The notes below the pieces were generated by a model that was not told where the DNA came from, did no database searches, and saw only the letters and a program-made list of their open reading frames with translations. A stretch of 64,000 nucleotides of DNA from Candidatus Sulfotelmatobacter sp. (GTDB lineage: Bacteria; Verrucomicrobiota; Verrucomicrobiia; Limisphaerales; UBA11358), in assembly GCA_035503455.1 (NCBI GenBank), contig DATJTK010000170.1, positions 65,383 to 129,382 on the forward strand. Direction: 5' to 3'. Below, in pieces: positions 63,653 to 64,000 of the stretch (its first letter is position 1; each line of letters begins with the position of its first letter). A program made the translations under genes and the position numbers.

Positions 63653-64000
63653 ATGAAAATTCAAGCGCTTACCATCGGCATGTCGGTGCGGCATCCGCAG
63701 TACGGTATCGGAACTGTAAAAACGATTTCAGAGCAAACGGCCGAAGTCCGCTTTAGCGACACGCTCCGCACGGTTGATCCGGAACTCAGCGGCATCGTGC
63801 CGGCCGAGCCGGGCATGACCGTGTCCGGGCTCGACCAGCCGCTTAACCAATTTGTGGAATCCATCATCGAGCGGGTCGTCGAGAACCTCGGAATTGAAAA
63901 AGCGGACGTGTCGGACGTGGAATTGGGCGTTCGCTGGCAGAAGGGTAAAATGGTCCTGCATCCCTCGGACCCATCGCTCCAGACCAAGGAAGTGCCGCTG
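63653..64000 (+). CDS. Hypothetical protein, 3' end runs off the window (N-terminal Tudor/SH3-like 'G.SV.H..YG.GTV' segment)
   Basis: Open frame from ATG 63653 to the window end (MKIQALTIGMSVRHPQYGIGTVKTISEQTAEVRFSD...). Absent from the ORF track because no stop is reached. Confidence 0.5.
   Translation, partial: MKIQALTIGMSVRHPQYGIGTVKTISEQTAEVRFSDTLRTVDPELSGIVPAEPGMTVSGLDQPLNQFVESIIERVVENLGIEKADVSDVELGVRWQKGKMVLHPSDPSLQTKEVPL

Noticed and set aside
1-64000. CRISPR arrays.
   Set aside because: The only tandem repeats are 7-10-bp units (11008-11035, 17241-17268, 37091-37118) and scattered 9-mers. Nothing shows a 25-40-bp repeat with unique spacers.

Overview
64-kb chromosomal window, by gene content and repeat style most likely from a PVC-group bacterium (probably Verrucomicrobiota). 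The clues are a prepilin-type '[10 protein letters not shown]' protein, a >4,000-aa surface protein and REP-filled intergenic DNA; this assignment is inference only. Most of the window is housekeeping. It holds GH3 and GH15 glycosidases, an SDR, a UbiB-type kinase, an aldo/keto reductase, glmS and an isolated ribosomal-protein block (rplB through rplX). It also holds a tightly coupled GNAT-sulfotransferase-ccsA-like-hemA-hemC operon, thiH/thiS, infA, a beta-CASP MBL RNase, acpP-fabF, trxB and two tRNAs. The accessory part lies directly downstream of glmS (about 12.9-23 kb). A 4.1-kb integrase-less insert is bracketed by the real glmS 3' end and an orphan, diverged copy of the last ~17 glmS codons. 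The insert carries two small acidic ORFs, a 238-bp foldback element and a MerR-regulator + cytoplasmic VIT-vWA protein cassette, which is my best candidate for an undescribed system. It is followed by a BfiI-like Type IIS restriction-modification system (two alpha-class SPPY methyltransferases plus a PLD/B3-like nuclease). After that comes 1.5 kb of non-coding DNA with iteron-like repeats. Other notable items: a 4,217-aa subtilase/pectate-lyase/lectin mosaic protein next to tRNA-Glu, and a frameshifted natA. There is also a vapBC module with an autoregulation-type promoter, a seven-copy TTCGTTCAC motif array, 7-bp tandem repeats at the glmS 5' and hemA 3' ends, and several MITE-like foldback elements. 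No CRISPR array, transposase or integrase was seen. All calls come from reading the sequence and ORF translations by eye. No database search or folding program was run.
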